DNA of 64,000 nt from Thermodesulfobacteriota bacterium. Lineage in GTDB: Bacteria > Desulfobacterota > Desulfarculia > JACQYL01. A program made the translations under genes and the position numbers. The notes below the pieces were generated by a model, which was not told where the DNA came from, did no database searches, and was given only the letters and a program-made list of their open reading frames with translations. The stretch covers positions 2,432,001-2,496,000 of the forward strand of contig CAXXLZ010000002.1 in assembly GCA_963675595.2 (NCBI GenBank), written 5' to 3'. Positions 10,789 to 20,828 of this stretch are shown in pieces. How positions within the stretch are numbered: the first letter of the stretch is position 1; the number at the start of each line of letters is the position of its first letter.

Positions 10789-11492
10789 CCGGAAACCTCC
10801 CTTTCCATGGAAAACTCCCTCAAGATGCCGTCTTCAAGCGCTAGCGCTCGATCGCTGAACAGCCGAACCAGTCGATGGTCGTGACTCACGAAAATATAGC
10901 TGATACCCGTTGCCCGCTGAATTTCCTTCAACAGATGCAAAATCCTGGCTTGTGTGACGGTGTCGAGCATACTGGTGGGTTCGTCCAGAATCAAGAGCCG
11001 CGGCTTGGAAGCCAGAGCCCGTCCGATGGCCAGTCGCTGGAGCTCTCCGCCGCTCAGGCAGTCCGGTCGGCGCTCCAGCACATCGATCCCCAGCTCCACC
11101 TGGGCCGGCATTTGTTCCAAAAATTCCTCGGACACCGGAATCCCGTGCAGGCGAAAAGGTTCGAGGAGGCTTCGCCTCATCTTCCACCGTGGATTGAAAG
11201 CCGTTTCAGGATGTTGCCAAACGATCTGGATACGACTTCGTAGAGGCTTCCAAGCCTTGCGGTTGCCGCTTCGAATGCTCACCCCCTGAAAGACGATCTC
11301 CCCGGCATCGAAATCCATGAGCCCGCACAGGATAAGCGCCAGGGTGGTCTTGCCCCGGCCGCTGGACCCCACTATGCCCACGGTCTCGCCCCGCGCCACG
11401 GACAAGTCCGCTCCCTTCAAGACAGGTAAGGCTCGCCTTTTCCACCAATTCACGGAGAACGATTTGTGTAGGTTACGAGCTTGTAGAACCAT
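10785..11492 (-). CDS. ABC ATP-binding protein (DppF/NikE-like)
   Basis: Walker A GSSGRGKTT, LSGGELQR, ILDEPT, SHD; start set at MVLQARN. Confidence 0.88.
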   Translation of the reverse strand: MVLQARNLHKSFSVNWWKRRALPVLKGADLSVARGETVGIVGSSGRGKTTLALILCGLMDFDAGEIVFQGVSIRSGNRKAWKPLRSRIQIVWQHPETAFNPRWKMRRSLLEPFRLHGIPVSEEFLEQMPAQVELGIDVLERRPDCLSGGELQRLAIGRALASKPRLLILDEPTSMLDTVTQARILHLLKEIQRATGISYIFVSHDHRLVRLFSDRALALEDGILREFSMEREVSG

Positions 11493-13281
11493 ACCGCCAA
11501 CACCGAATGAGACGTCCGGAACGTTCCACCAGGGGCGGCACGGACGAACAAAGAGAAAACGCCTCGTCGCACCACGGGAGGAACGGACAGGCAGCCCCAT
11601 GGTTCTCCTCTTCGAAGGAACGCATTCGCATCGGAACCTTGAGCCCCCGTTCGGGCTGAGCCTCCAGCAGCGCCTTGGAATAGGGATGCAACGGACCCGC
11701 GAAGAACGTTTCTTTGGGAGCCGACTCCACAATTCTCGACGCATACAGGACCGCCACATGATCCGCGAACCGCTCGGCGAATTCGAGATCGTGGGTCACC
11801 AACAGTATGGTCTGAGTGTCCAACCGCGCCAGGCTGCGAAAAACCTCCTCTCTGCCGGCCGGGTCCAGCCCTTTGGTGGGTTCATCGACCAGAAAGAAGC
11901 CGGACCCGCAAGCCAGGGCCGTCCCCAGCAAAGCACGCTGCATCATCCCTCCGCTATATCGATGAGGATAATCCTTCGCTCGTTTTTCCGGGTTTTCGAT
12001 ACCCATGGCTCGGAGCAATGAAACGGCTTCGTCGAACGCCTCCCTTCGGCCCATGCCTCGATGGATCCTTGCCGACTCGGCGATCTGAAAGCCCACGGAA
12101 AGCATGGGGTTCATCGCGTTGCCCGCTCCCTGAGGAACATAGGCGAGCTCTCTGCCTCTCAACCTCGCCATTTCCTTCTCGGAGAGGCCGAATAGATTGG
12201 TCCCTCGATAATAGACCCTTCCGTGAAAGGAAGCGTTTTCGGGCAGCAGCCTCAACAAGGCCATGAGCAGAACACTCTTCCCGCTTCCAGTATGGCCCAC
12301 CAAGGCCAACCGGCCACCCTCCGGCAATCGGAAGTCGACGTCGGCCAGCGCATGATGGTTCCCGCCTTCTGCGTCCGAGAAATCCACCGTGACGTGTTCG
12401 ACGGACAGGAACTCTCTCTGTGGCGCGGAAACGGATTCCGGAGAAGGCAAAGGAGTCCTTCCATGCTGCGCAGTCGGAGCGGAACGGATGTCCGTCACAC
12501 TCTGTCCCACGAACAGCACCGCGGAAACGGATACTGAAATGCAGACCACCGGAGGCAGATACCACCAATAGGCTCCATTTACCAAGGCCCCGCCCGTGAA
12601 GGCCTCATGAATCATGGTTCCCCAGCTCATCGCGGCGGGATCCGTCAATCCCAGAAAGCTCACTCCCGCCTCGGCCGTCATGGCCGCCGCTGCGGTCAGC
12701 ATGGCTTTGGCGAGGACCACTTCGGAAATATTGGGAAGAATGTGACGTATCATGGTGTACAAAGGCCCCGCTCCGAGAGCCCTCGCCGCCCGAACGAAAC
12801 CGGTTTCGCGCATTGAGAGCGTCACGGATCGAACAATACGGGCGGTGCTCGCCCACGACGTGGCCGCCAGAACCACGATGATGCCCACCGGCCCCGGATT
12901 CAGGTATGCCGCCAACAAGAACAGCAGAGGCAGCCTGGGAAGCACGAGAAACAGATCGGTCAGTCGCATCAGGGCCTCATCGACGGCCCCTCTTCGGTAT
13001 CCCGCCGCCAGGCCCACCAACGTACCCAAACAAGTCGCCGAGAAGGCCGCACCCAGGCCCACGGTCAATGAAGTGCGGGCGGAGAAGATCAGAACGCTCA
13101 GAATATCCCGTCCGATGGAGTCGGTCCCCAACGGATGGCTCAAGACGGGCTTTCCATAAGGATCATGGAGCGCATCCCGATCATAGGGCGCGAAGAACCC
13201 GGGCAGGAGGGCCGTCAAGAAGAGAACGGCCAACAAAGCGGACGCTGCTTTCGTCGTTTTCCGATCAGATGAACGTAACAC
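11473..13281 (-). CDS. Fused ABC permease + ATPase (DppC-DppD-like)
   Basis: N-terminal HPLGTDSIGRD and AARALGA; C-terminal GHTGSGKS, YSGGMMQR, HPYSKAL and Cys-rich tail. Confidence 0.88.
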   Translation of the reverse strand: MLRSSDRKTTKAASALLAVLFLTALLPGFFAPYDRDALHDPYGKPVLSHPLGTDSIGRDILSVLIFSARTSLTVGLGAAFSATCLGTLVGLAAGYRRGAVDEALMRLTDLFLVLPRLPLLFLLAAYLNPGPVGIIVVLAATSWASTARIVRSVTLSMRETGFVRAARALGAGPLYTMIRHILPNISEVVLAKAMLTAAAAMTAEAGVSFLGLTDPAAMSWGTMIHEAFTGGALVNGAYWWYLPPVVCISVSVSAVLFVGQSVTDIRSAPTAQHGRTPLPSPESVSAPQREFLSVEHVTVDFSDAEGGNHHALADVDFRLPEGGRLALVGHTGSGKSVLLMALLRLLPENASFHGRVYYRGTNLFGLSEKEMARLRGRELAYVPQGAGNAMNPMLSVGFQIAESARIHRGMGRREAFDEAVSLLRAMGIENPEKRAKDYPHRYSGGMMQRALLGTALACGSGFFLVDEPTKGLDPAGREEVFRSLARLDTQTILLVTHDLEFAERFADHVAVLYASRIVESAPKETFFAGPLHPYSKALLEAQPERGLKVPMRMRSFEEENHGAACPFLPWCDEAFSLCSSVPPLVERSGRLIRCWRYGSTSS

Positions 13282-14257
13282 CGTCCCTTACCCGGGGGTC
13301 TACGAGTGAATAGAGAACATCGGCGGCGGCGTTCACCGGAACCACGCACAAGGAAGCCATGACCAGGCATCCCGACAGCAGAGGATAATCCCGCAGCCGT
13401 ACGGCTTCATAGATGAGAGACCCCATTCCCTGCCATGAAAACACCACTTCCACCAGCAGCGTCCCGCTGAAAATCGCTCCGAACTGCATGGCGAAAGCGG
13501 TGATGAACGGAAGCGACGCGTTGATGAGTACATGCCGGAACAGGATGTACCGATCGGTGAAACCTCGAGCCTTGAGATTGGACACAAAGTTTTCGGCGCA
13601 AACCAAGCGCACCGAATTGCGCATGATCATGTAATGGTAGGCGGCGGCATGAAGAGCGACCACGGAGAGCGGCAGGATCCCGTGCTGCAGAAGGCCCCAT
13701 ACACCGCCGTCCCCACTTCGGGCCCCACCGGTCATTCCCCGAAGAGGCGCCATGTCGGCGTAAAAGGCGAAAAAAAGAAGAAACAGAAATGCCAGGCAGT
13801 ACACGGGTATGGAGTAGACGGCCATAAGAACCGGAGTCAACACCCGGTCGAACCGGGTTCCTCCACGCATGCCCGAAAGAGCCCCCAGCAGGCCCCCCAC
13901 GGGACCGGAGACGCAAAGGGCGGGCAACAGAAGCAGCAGCGTCCATTTGAGCCTGTAAAGGATCACGTCAAGCACGGGTCGATTATACTGGTACGACCAG
14001 CCCAGGTCTCCCACGGCCAGATTTCGGAGATAACCGACATACTGCGCCAAGGTGGAATCATCCAGACCGTATTTAGCTCTGAGCTCCTCCAGTTGCTGAG
14101 GGTTTCGCGCCCGGATCCGTCCGTAGTTGTCCTCTCCCAACAGGTGAATCAGAGGGTCTCCGGGCATCGAATGAACGAGAAAGAAGTTCAATGTGATAAT
14201 GCAAAGTATCGCCGGAAGGTATCGGGAAACCTTGCCCCAGGGAAACGACGACGGCAT
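13265..14257 (-). CDS. ABC permease (DppB/NikB-like)
   Basis: MPGDP, GDLGWS, VEVVFSWQGMG, RDYP, DPRVR. Confidence 0.9.
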   Translation of the reverse strand: MPSSFPWGKVSRYLPAILCIITLNFFLVHSMPGDPLIHLLGEDNYGRIRARNPQQLEELRAKYGLDDSTLAQYVGYLRNLAVGDLGWSYQYNRPVLDVILYRLKWTLLLLLPALCVSGPVGGLLGALSGMRGGTRFDRVLTPVLMAVYSIPVYCLAFLFLLFFAFYADMAPLRGMTGGARSGDGGVWGLLQHGILPLSVVALHAAAYHYMIMRNSVRLVCAENFVSNLKARGFTDRYILFRHVLINASLPFITAFAMQFGAIFSGTLLVEVVFSWQGMGSLIYEAVRLRDYPLLSGCLVMASLCVVPVNAAADVLYSLVDPRVRDGVTFI

Positions 14258-15940
14258 CTATTTTTCGTCCTTTGTTCCCGAACCCGTCCGTCTGAGGGTC
14301 TTCCAGGAAAAGGTGTTGGCCAAGCCGCCCTCCAGATGATTCATCTGGAACCCTTGCCATCCGGCCGAATAGGGGAAAAAGCTCTTCCCCCAACAGAGAG
14401 CCGTGGCGGGAAGTTTCCGAGCGTACCAGGCCTGAAGTTCCCCATACAGGTCCTTCCGTAAATCGGGGCGAGTTTCCGCCAATACGGCGTCACACAGTTT
14501 GAACAACTCGGGGTCATGAAGCCTGCAGATATTGAGACTGCCTTTTTCTCTCGAATCGAAATATCCGGTTCCGTACCCGGCGTGCATCATCATACCCCAA
14601 GGTGTGGTCCTGAAAAGCACCAGATCATAGCGCCCTCCTTCAAGGAAGGCCTGCCACGCGGCAAGGTCCACACATTGGACGTTCAGGCGTATGCCGACCT
14701 GTCCAAAATCGTGGGCGAGCAGCTTCACAAGTCGGCTGTCCCCCCACAAATCCGATCGAGCCAGCAGAGTCAGAGAGACCGCTTCACCGTGAGAGTCCTC
14801 GATATAGCCGTCCCCGTCCCGATCCTCCAAACCTTCTTCAGTCAACATTCGCCTGCTCTCCTCCACATCCCGCTCCCACGAAGGAAAACGGACGTGGGAG
14901 GCCAGTGACGGCGGAATCAGACCGGGACCGGGTACGGTGCCCTTGCCGTCCATCAAGCATTGGTTCACTCGTCCGTAGTCCACGGCAAGCGCCAGAGCCT
15001 TGCGGACTAAGAAACGTCGGAGAAGAGGCCGCTCGAAATTGAAGCCCAGGAGGGCCGGTATGCCCAGGGAATCCGCTTCGACGAAATTGATTCCCGGGCG
15101 GTCCCTCAAGGATTGCATATGAGGAGCTGGAATGCCCGAGGCATAATTATAGAGCACGTCGACTCCGCCTTTTTTCAAGGCCAAAGCCAACACGTCCATC
15201 GTGCCGAACAGATGGAATTCCACCACATCCACTCGGGGCGTACCTCCGTGATATTGTCGATTGCCTCGGAAGCGGATCGTGCCGGAAGTGGGCTCAAACT
15301 CCTCTAATACGTACGGGCCGCTGCCCACGGCCATGTCTTTGGCCGGCTCTTTGTAAGGATCGCCGATCTTCTCCCAGATGTGGCGCGGGAGAATGCGGAT
15401 CACGAAACCCGCGTTGACGGGGAAGAGACTGCAGGGACGTTTCAAATGGAAAATCACCTCACGATCCACAAGGTCGATGCGATCGATGAGGTCCACGATC
15501 CACTGCGAAGGCAAATTGTACGCTGCGATATACTCAAAGGTGAATCGAACGTCGTCGGGCGTGACCGGCAGACCGTCATGCCACTTCGCACCGTCGGCAA
15601 GTCGGAAGGTCCAGACCAGACCTGCGGCATCGGAGCCGAACTCGGATGCCAGACAAGGCACGGGCTGCAACTCAGAGTCGAATCGAACCAGCGACTCATG
15701 GGTCATGAGCATGGCCAAAAGACTATAATAGTAGTCCGTGACCGGGTTCGGTTGTTTGATGTGCATGGTGGTTCCGACGCGGAACGGATGGTCCGCGTCG
15801 GCCGTTTCGCCCGCGCCTTCACGGGTGCAGGCCATGGCGCAAATAAACGACAAGAGGCATCCCACGGCGAGGATCGTGGGCAGGATCCGGGCGGAAACAA
15901 TGGCCCGGCGCGAGATTCCATGGACAGCCGGTTTCAACAT
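14258..15940 (-). CDS. Family 5 ABC substrate-binding lipoprotein (peptide/nickel type)
   Basis: WHDGLPVTPDDVRFTF, VGSGPY; lipoprotein-like leader. Confidence 0.88.
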   Translation of the reverse strand: MLKPAVHGISRRAIVSARILPTILAVGCLLSFICAMACTREGAGETADADHPFRVGTTMHIKQPNPVTDYYYSLLAMLMTHESLVRFDSELQPVPCLASEFGSDAAGLVWTFRLADGAKWHDGLPVTPDDVRFTFEYIAAYNLPSQWIVDLIDRIDLVDREVIFHLKRPCSLFPVNAGFVIRILPRHIWEKIGDPYKEPAKDMAVGSGPYVLEEFEPTSGTIRFRGNRQYHGGTPRVDVVEFHLFGTMDVLALALKKGGVDVLYNYASGIPAPHMQSLRDRPGINFVEADSLGIPALLGFNFERPLLRRFLVRKALALAVDYGRVNQCLMDGKGTVPGPGLIPPSLASHVRFPSWERDVEESRRMLTEEGLEDRDGDGYIEDSHGEAVSLTLLARSDLWGDSRLVKLLAHDFGQVGIRLNVQCVDLAAWQAFLEGGRYDLVLFRTTPWGMMMHAGYGTGYFDSREKGSLNICRLHDPELFKLCDAVLAETRPDLRKDLYGELQAWYARKLPATALCWGKSFFPYSAGWQGFQMNHLEGGLANTFSWKTLRRTGSGTKDEK

Positions 15941-16092
15941 GACACCGATTCTTGAAAACCTGCGTCCGACAAAATACAGCCGGCGGGCGCAGAGAAGGAG
16001 TCCGCGAGTGTCCCTCTACGTGACACACTCCTCGACGAGGGACGGGGGAAGGCCGCCTTCGGCGGGCTTCCCCCCCCAAAAAAAGATCTCGT

Positions 16093-16134
16093 GAAAACGG
16101 TGTTCGGCGCCGCGGCCAACGCGGCGCCGAACAC
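16093..16134 (-). terminator. Strong hairpin after the TonB receptor gene
   Basis: GTGTTCGGCGCCGCG/CGCGGCGCCGAACAC 15-bp perfect stem, short T run on the minus strand. Confidence 0.55.
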
Positions 16135-16152
16135 ACGGTACGCTGAAAAGCA

Positions 16153-18162
16153 TCAGAACTTGATACTGATTTCACCGAAGAAGACCCGACCGGGGTCCTC
16201 ATAAATATAGAAGGTTCGGTATGTCTCCTCGAACAGGTTATCCACGCTGAAGGACGCGTCGATCCGTTGGATGGGACCCCAGTTGACCAGGAAATGCTTG
16301 GTTGCCTTCAAGTCCACTACGAAGGAGGACTTCATGAAGCGCTCCTCGCCGGAACCAGTATACTCGAGATTGTCTTCGTTGGTCTGCTGTCTGCTCAGAT
16401 ATCTGCCGAACGCACTTACGGTGAAGTTTTCGGGCCAGGCATAGGTGACGCCCAGATTGGCTTTGTGCTTCGGGCAGAAAGGCAGTTCGTTGCCTTCTTG
16501 GGACGGGTCCGCTTCGTTCTCGTCAATTTCAACGGGATTATAAGTATAATTGGCGTTGATGGTCCAATTCTCCGTCATACGCAAAAGGAAATCCAACTCC
16601 ACTCCGTAGGATTGGGTGCGTCCGATGTTGTTGTTCATCCAGATGTTGTCCGGGCTGAACCACGAAATGATCTTGTCTTCCGTGAAACTGTAAAAGCCCA
16701 CCGCTCGAGTTCGGAGCATGTCTCCAACAAACCAACGCTCCAAACCCAGCTCCCAGGAATGCGTCTTTTCCGGCTTCAGATCCGGGTTGGGCACTCTTGG
16801 GTTGCCGCCCGAGGTGCGGTCGTCATAGAGCTGTTCGGGAGTAGGCGCGATGAAGCCCATGGCGTAGTTCGCCCATATGGACGTCGCGTCGTTGAAGGAA
16901 TACTTGACGCCCACCTTGGGGCTCCAATTTTCGTCCGTCCGGTTGTCCGGATGTGTGTCCTCGAAATTATAGAACGTGTTGTCGTAGTTCTTCCACTGGT
17001 CGAATCGAACACCGGCGGTGAAGGTCAAATCATCGAGAGGCTTCCACACATCCTGCAGATACCCCGCCAGGGTTCGTATTTTGTACTTGTTGGTTCCGAT
17101 GGCGGAACCCTCCGCATCCTTGAACTCCTGCTCGCTGTCCTGATGGTTCATAAAGAACCCCGCGGTCGCCGTGTTTCCCCATCCCACGTCGGCCGTGACC
17201 TGAAGCTCCAGCGGAATCTCGCTATAATCCGTATAACGTTTCTGCCGGAGTTCGTAATTGGTGCCTCCTTTATCATACCAGTGTATCAGATCATCATAAC
17301 GATAGCCCACATACCCCTTGAACAAAACACGGTCGCCGAGGGGCTGATCGAGGGTCAGGGTGGTCAGGTATCGGTCCCAGTCGCCTCTCACGTTCGGACG
17401 ACCACGGGTGTAGTAGTCATGGAAGTAATTGAACAGAAGCGATACCTTGCCCTCGGTGGGAAGATCGTAGGATCCCGTGATGGAAGCGCCGTCCTTCTCG
17501 TATGAGCAATCCTGAATCATGGTGATGCTCTCGTTCACGTGGTTTTCCACGATGTTCGTGCCGTCGGATTTCTCTTTGTAAGCCGCCGCGGCATAATGAA
17601 AATTACCGGCGCTCCCGCTTGCCGCGCCGTTACCTCGCACGGTGTTGAAGCTTCCATATCCGCCCGTGGCGGTGGCTTCGAATTTTTCTCCGCCTTCCTT
17701 GGTGATGATGTTCACCACGCCGCCGATGGCGTTGGCGCCGTAAAGAGCCGAAGCGGGACCGCGCAAGATCTCTACCCGTTCAATATTGTCCACGGGAATG
17801 GCCTGGGATATCTCCCAGTTGGTGGGAACGCCGTTGACCAGGACCACGGTTCCGTCGCTCGTTCCTCCTCGAATGTTGAGATAGGCCGGAAAAGGCGCGT
17901 AGGCTCTTCGTAGGGTGATGCCGGCCACGGAGCGCAGGGCGTCCGCCACATCGTTGTTGGGAAAGTTCTGTGCCTCAAGGTCTTCCCTCTTGATCACAGT
18001 AACGGAGGCGGGGACTTCTTTGGTGGAAGTCTCATACTTGGTTGCGGTAACGAAGACTTCATCCAGTCGATGCGCGGTTTGGGGTTGGTCTTCCGCAAAA
18101 GCGGCAGCCGAAAACGCCGCTACGACGGCAGTCAGGAAAACGATCAGCTTGACGGTTCTCAT
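16153..18162 (-). CDS. TonB-dependent receptor
   Basis: Signal peptide, TonB box DEVFVTAT, IERVEILRGPASALYG, GGVVNIITK, NPDLKPE, terminal Phe. Confidence 0.93.
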   Translation of the reverse strand: MRTVKLIVFLTAVVAAFSAAAFAEDQPQTAHRLDEVFVTATKYETSTKEVPASVTVIKREDLEAQNFPNNDVADALRSVAGITLRRAYAPFPAYLNIRGGTSDGTVVLVNGVPTNWEISQAIPVDNIERVEILRGPASALYGANAIGGVVNIITKEGGEKFEATATGGYGSFNTVRGNGAASGSAGNFHYAAAAYKEKSDGTNIVENHVNESITMIQDCSYEKDGASITGSYDLPTEGKVSLLFNYFHDYYTRGRPNVRGDWDRYLTTLTLDQPLGDRVLFKGYVGYRYDDLIHWYDKGGTNYELRQKRYTDYSEIPLELQVTADVGWGNTATAGFFMNHQDSEQEFKDAEGSAIGTNKYKIRTLAGYLQDVWKPLDDLTFTAGVRFDQWKNYDNTFYNFEDTHPDNRTDENWSPKVGVKYSFNDATSIWANYAMGFIAPTPEQLYDDRTSGGNPRVPNPDLKPEKTHSWELGLERWFVGDMLRTRAVGFYSFTEDKIISWFSPDNIWMNNNIGRTQSYGVELDFLLRMTENWTINANYTYNPVEIDENEADPSQEGNELPFCPKHKANLGVTYAWPENFTVSAFGRYLSRQQTNEDNLEYTGSGEERFMKSSFVVDLKATKHFLVNWGPIQRIDASFSVDNLFEETYRTFYIYEDPGRVFFGEISIKF

Positions 18163-18212
18163 TTCTCTCCTCTCTTCTCCGTTTCAAGCGAATCCGCCGC
18201 AGCCCGGGTTTC

Positions 18213-18268
18213 AAAAAAAATAGGCCGCGAAGCGGCTCCCTATATGGAAGCGACGACCTTCGTGGCCT
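18213..18268 (-). terminator. Intrinsic terminator inside the 5' leader of the TonB/ABC operon
   Basis: Minus strand AGGCCACGAAG...CTTCGCGGCCT-A-T8, about 50 nt before the ATG. Confidence 0.7.
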
Positions 18269-18403
18269 GTGTCGATACGCTATGAATGGCTCGCGAAAAA
18301 TCGCGAGCGCCGCATGGTGCTGAAATTCACAAACTCCGGCCTTCAAGGGCCGAAAACTCGTTTCAACGATACGTGCGGCTTCTGCCGCAAGCAGAGGCCA
18401 TCT

Positions 18404-18432
18404 TGTGTAGTCCCGGGCGGGGACTTTGTCAA
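18404..18432 (-). promoter_or_regulatory. Putative sigma70 promoter of the TonB operon
   Basis: TTGACA-17 nt-TACACA on the minus strand; weak -10. Confidence 0.5.
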
Positions 18433-18624
18433 GACCTTTCGCCGTTGCCGTTGAAGAGCGGTCAAGAACGAAGCAAAAAGCCGCAAATCTCATCTATACG
18501 ATTGGACGACAATAATTACTTGGCTTTCCGTCGAGTACCCACCAAAAACATGGGGGAAATCCGATCGAAACGAGATTTCCCCCAAGCATCAAACAAAGAG
18601 ACGCGAAAAGAACGCGTATCAAGG

Positions 18625-19521
18625 TCAGAATTTCAGTTTCTGCGGGGCAAGCGGCTTGCCCTGCCACCAATCGGGATCGTGGGGCGGCACAAGCTGGGCC
18701 CCCAACACGGTCATGGCTTTAAAATGGTGAATGCTGATCATCGCCTCCGGAATATCATACGCCAATCCCGGGGGTATGTCGGCGAACATGTTTTCGAGCG
18801 TATAGCACGCATCCTGCGCCAAGATCAGATTCTGTCCGCCGCTTGTCCTGACCAGAACCGACTGATGGCCCGGCGTATGACCGGGTGTGGGCAGCACGAT
18901 GACGCTCTGGTCTCCGAACACATCGAGCATGCCGTCCAGTGTCCGTATGTTGCACTGCCCCATTTTGTCGAAATCGGCGGGAATATACGCGGTTCTCTTG
19001 CCGGAAGCCACTTGTTCCTTGATATGATCCAGTTCCGCCTTCTGGAAATAGATGGGTATGTCGCTTCCCGCCAAATCTTCCAGAGCGCCGCAATGATCCA
19101 AATGACCGTGGCTCATGATGACCGCCGATAAATTCTGCGGCTTGAGCCCCAGTTTCTTGAGCTGAATTTGGAACTCCTCGTACGGCTGCATGACGGGCAT
19201 GTAGGCGTTACACACGGCCTCACCCCAGTATTTGATGGGATCGACCGCCACTGCGGCGTTATTTCCGCTGTCATAGGCCACCCAGGAGGAACCGTGCCGA
19301 ATCACGTAGAAAGGAACGGGGATATCGAAAGGCACTCCGACGCGGGTATCCTTCAGAATATACTGCGTCTGGGTCTTCAATATCCCGCATCGGAAAGCAT
19401 AGACATCCACCCCCGTCGTGGGCTCCATGGCATACGTATTCAAGACTTTGCACTGGGAGGCCCCTAAAGCGGCCGCTGCGGTACCGCCCAGCTTCAATAG
19501 ATCTCTTCTTGACAAATCCAT
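18625..19521 (-). CDS. Tat-exported metallo-beta-lactamase-fold hydrolase, AHL-lactonase (AiiA/AttM)-like
   Basis: SRRDLLK Tat motif; SHGHLDHCG, TPGHTPGHQS, DACY, PHDP. Confidence 0.85.
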   Translation of the reverse strand: MDLSRRDLLKLGGTAAAALGASQCKVLNTYAMEPTTGVDVYAFRCGILKTQTQYILKDTRVGVPFDIPVPFYVIRHGSSWVAYDSGNNAAVAVDPIKYWGEAVCNAYMPVMQPYEEFQIQLKKLGLKPQNLSAVIMSHGHLDHCGALEDLAGSDIPIYFQKAELDHIKEQVASGKRTAYIPADFDKMGQCNIRTLDGMLDVFGDQSVIVLPTPGHTPGHQSVLVRTSGGQNLILAQDACYTLENMFADIPPGLAYDIPEAMISIHHFKAMTVLGAQLVPPHDPDWWQGKPLAPQKLKF

Positions 19522-19882
19522 CTCGCACCTCCTTCTGGTCTAAGGGATTTCAGACGAAGACAGTGAACGGAATTGTCTCGACACTCACCTCCTTTCCCGA
19601 CTTTTCGCAACGTCGTATGGGGATACTGAATCCTCATCAACCGGCGGATCGCCTCCCTCTTTACCGTCGACGAATCTTTCCGAAAAGCCCATCCGTCACG
19701 GAGAACCCGGATAAGGAGGGACACGGCCGCCGGTCGTGTCGGCATGGAACGACACTCTGCATCGAGCCGCAGTGCGGAACCCGGCGGATTACCGGGTTCC
19801 CCTTTGCTCATAAATGGAAACCGGTTAAAGGTACGTCATGGAGATACCGCCGAGCGGAACCGCCCGTCCAAAGCAACCAACG

Positions 19883-19898
19883 TGCAACGGATGTGCCG
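19883..19898 (-). promoter_or_regulatory. Putative sigma54 -24/-12 promoter upstream of the lactonase gene
   Basis: CGGCAC-ATCCG-TTGCA (GG-N10-GC); palindrome ATTGC-N6-GCAAT about 180 bp further upstream. Confidence 0.55.
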
Positions 19899-20828
19899 GC
19901 AGGCGCAAACAGACTCTATCTACCTGAATTTACAGGAAACGTTCAAAGAGAGATCGTGAAGATGTGAGAACCGATCCTGCGATTTCGCAAGGGCAAGAGC
20001 AACCAAAAACAGTGCCGTAAGGGCGGAAACCGCCGGATTATAAACACTTGGGAAATTCATGCATTGCCGCACGATATTGCATTTCCGCAATACACGACGG
20101 CTCGGCAATGCGCTGGACACCGCTCCCCACTTTGAACCCGGGGCAGGCGGCGGGACCATCCCCCCGCCAAACGGACCCCCGAAATCTTGTTTAAGATTTC
20201 CCTTCTGTTATAATATGTATTCTTTCGTTTCGTCTGGAAGCGACGACTTCAAGGCTCGGCAGACAGGCGCTTCCATCCGAGTCTTTCCGAACGAAAAAAA
20301 CGATCGGAGTCCATGTCGGCTTGGCCGCGCTTTGAATCGTCGCCCGTTTGAATCTCTCACCATGCAGGATGACGGATGACTCGAAGCCCTGCGTTTTTTG
20401 GGGTCCCACACTGCGTCCCGAATCAACGTCGCGCCGCACCCTCACTGCTGTTTCCTACGCCTCCCGTGCCGTTCCAGTCCCCTTCGACCGGATTCTCCAC
20501 ATGCATGAAATAAACGGATCGCCCATAAACGCTCACTCCGCAGCTTATGAACCGCAAGCATTGTTTCCGCCGTTGAACCGATACCAGGCGCCGATTAGGC
20601 ACGTTTAACCATCACCGAAAGAGGGGTCTCCTTGTACACGGCTTTCCAAGGGACGCACGGTCCCGATTTTGGAATGCCCGGTCGGGTGTATAGACTCTTC
20701 CACCGGAAAAGAGATGGGGATACGGCCCGTGAACGCGAATCGACTCTCTCCGAGACGAATTGTCGGCATTCAATGTATTGACTCTTGAACTCAAGTCCAT
20801 CACTTCGTTGTTCAATGTTGAGGCTTTC

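Noticed and set aside
18163-18432. Cobalamin riboswitch upstream of the TonB receptor
   Set aside because: B12-box and core consensus not found by eye; kept only as an unknown leader.
19900-20820. Short ORFs in the lactonase-kinase intergenic region
   Set aside because: No RBS, motifs or codon bias; more likely divergent regulatory DNA.
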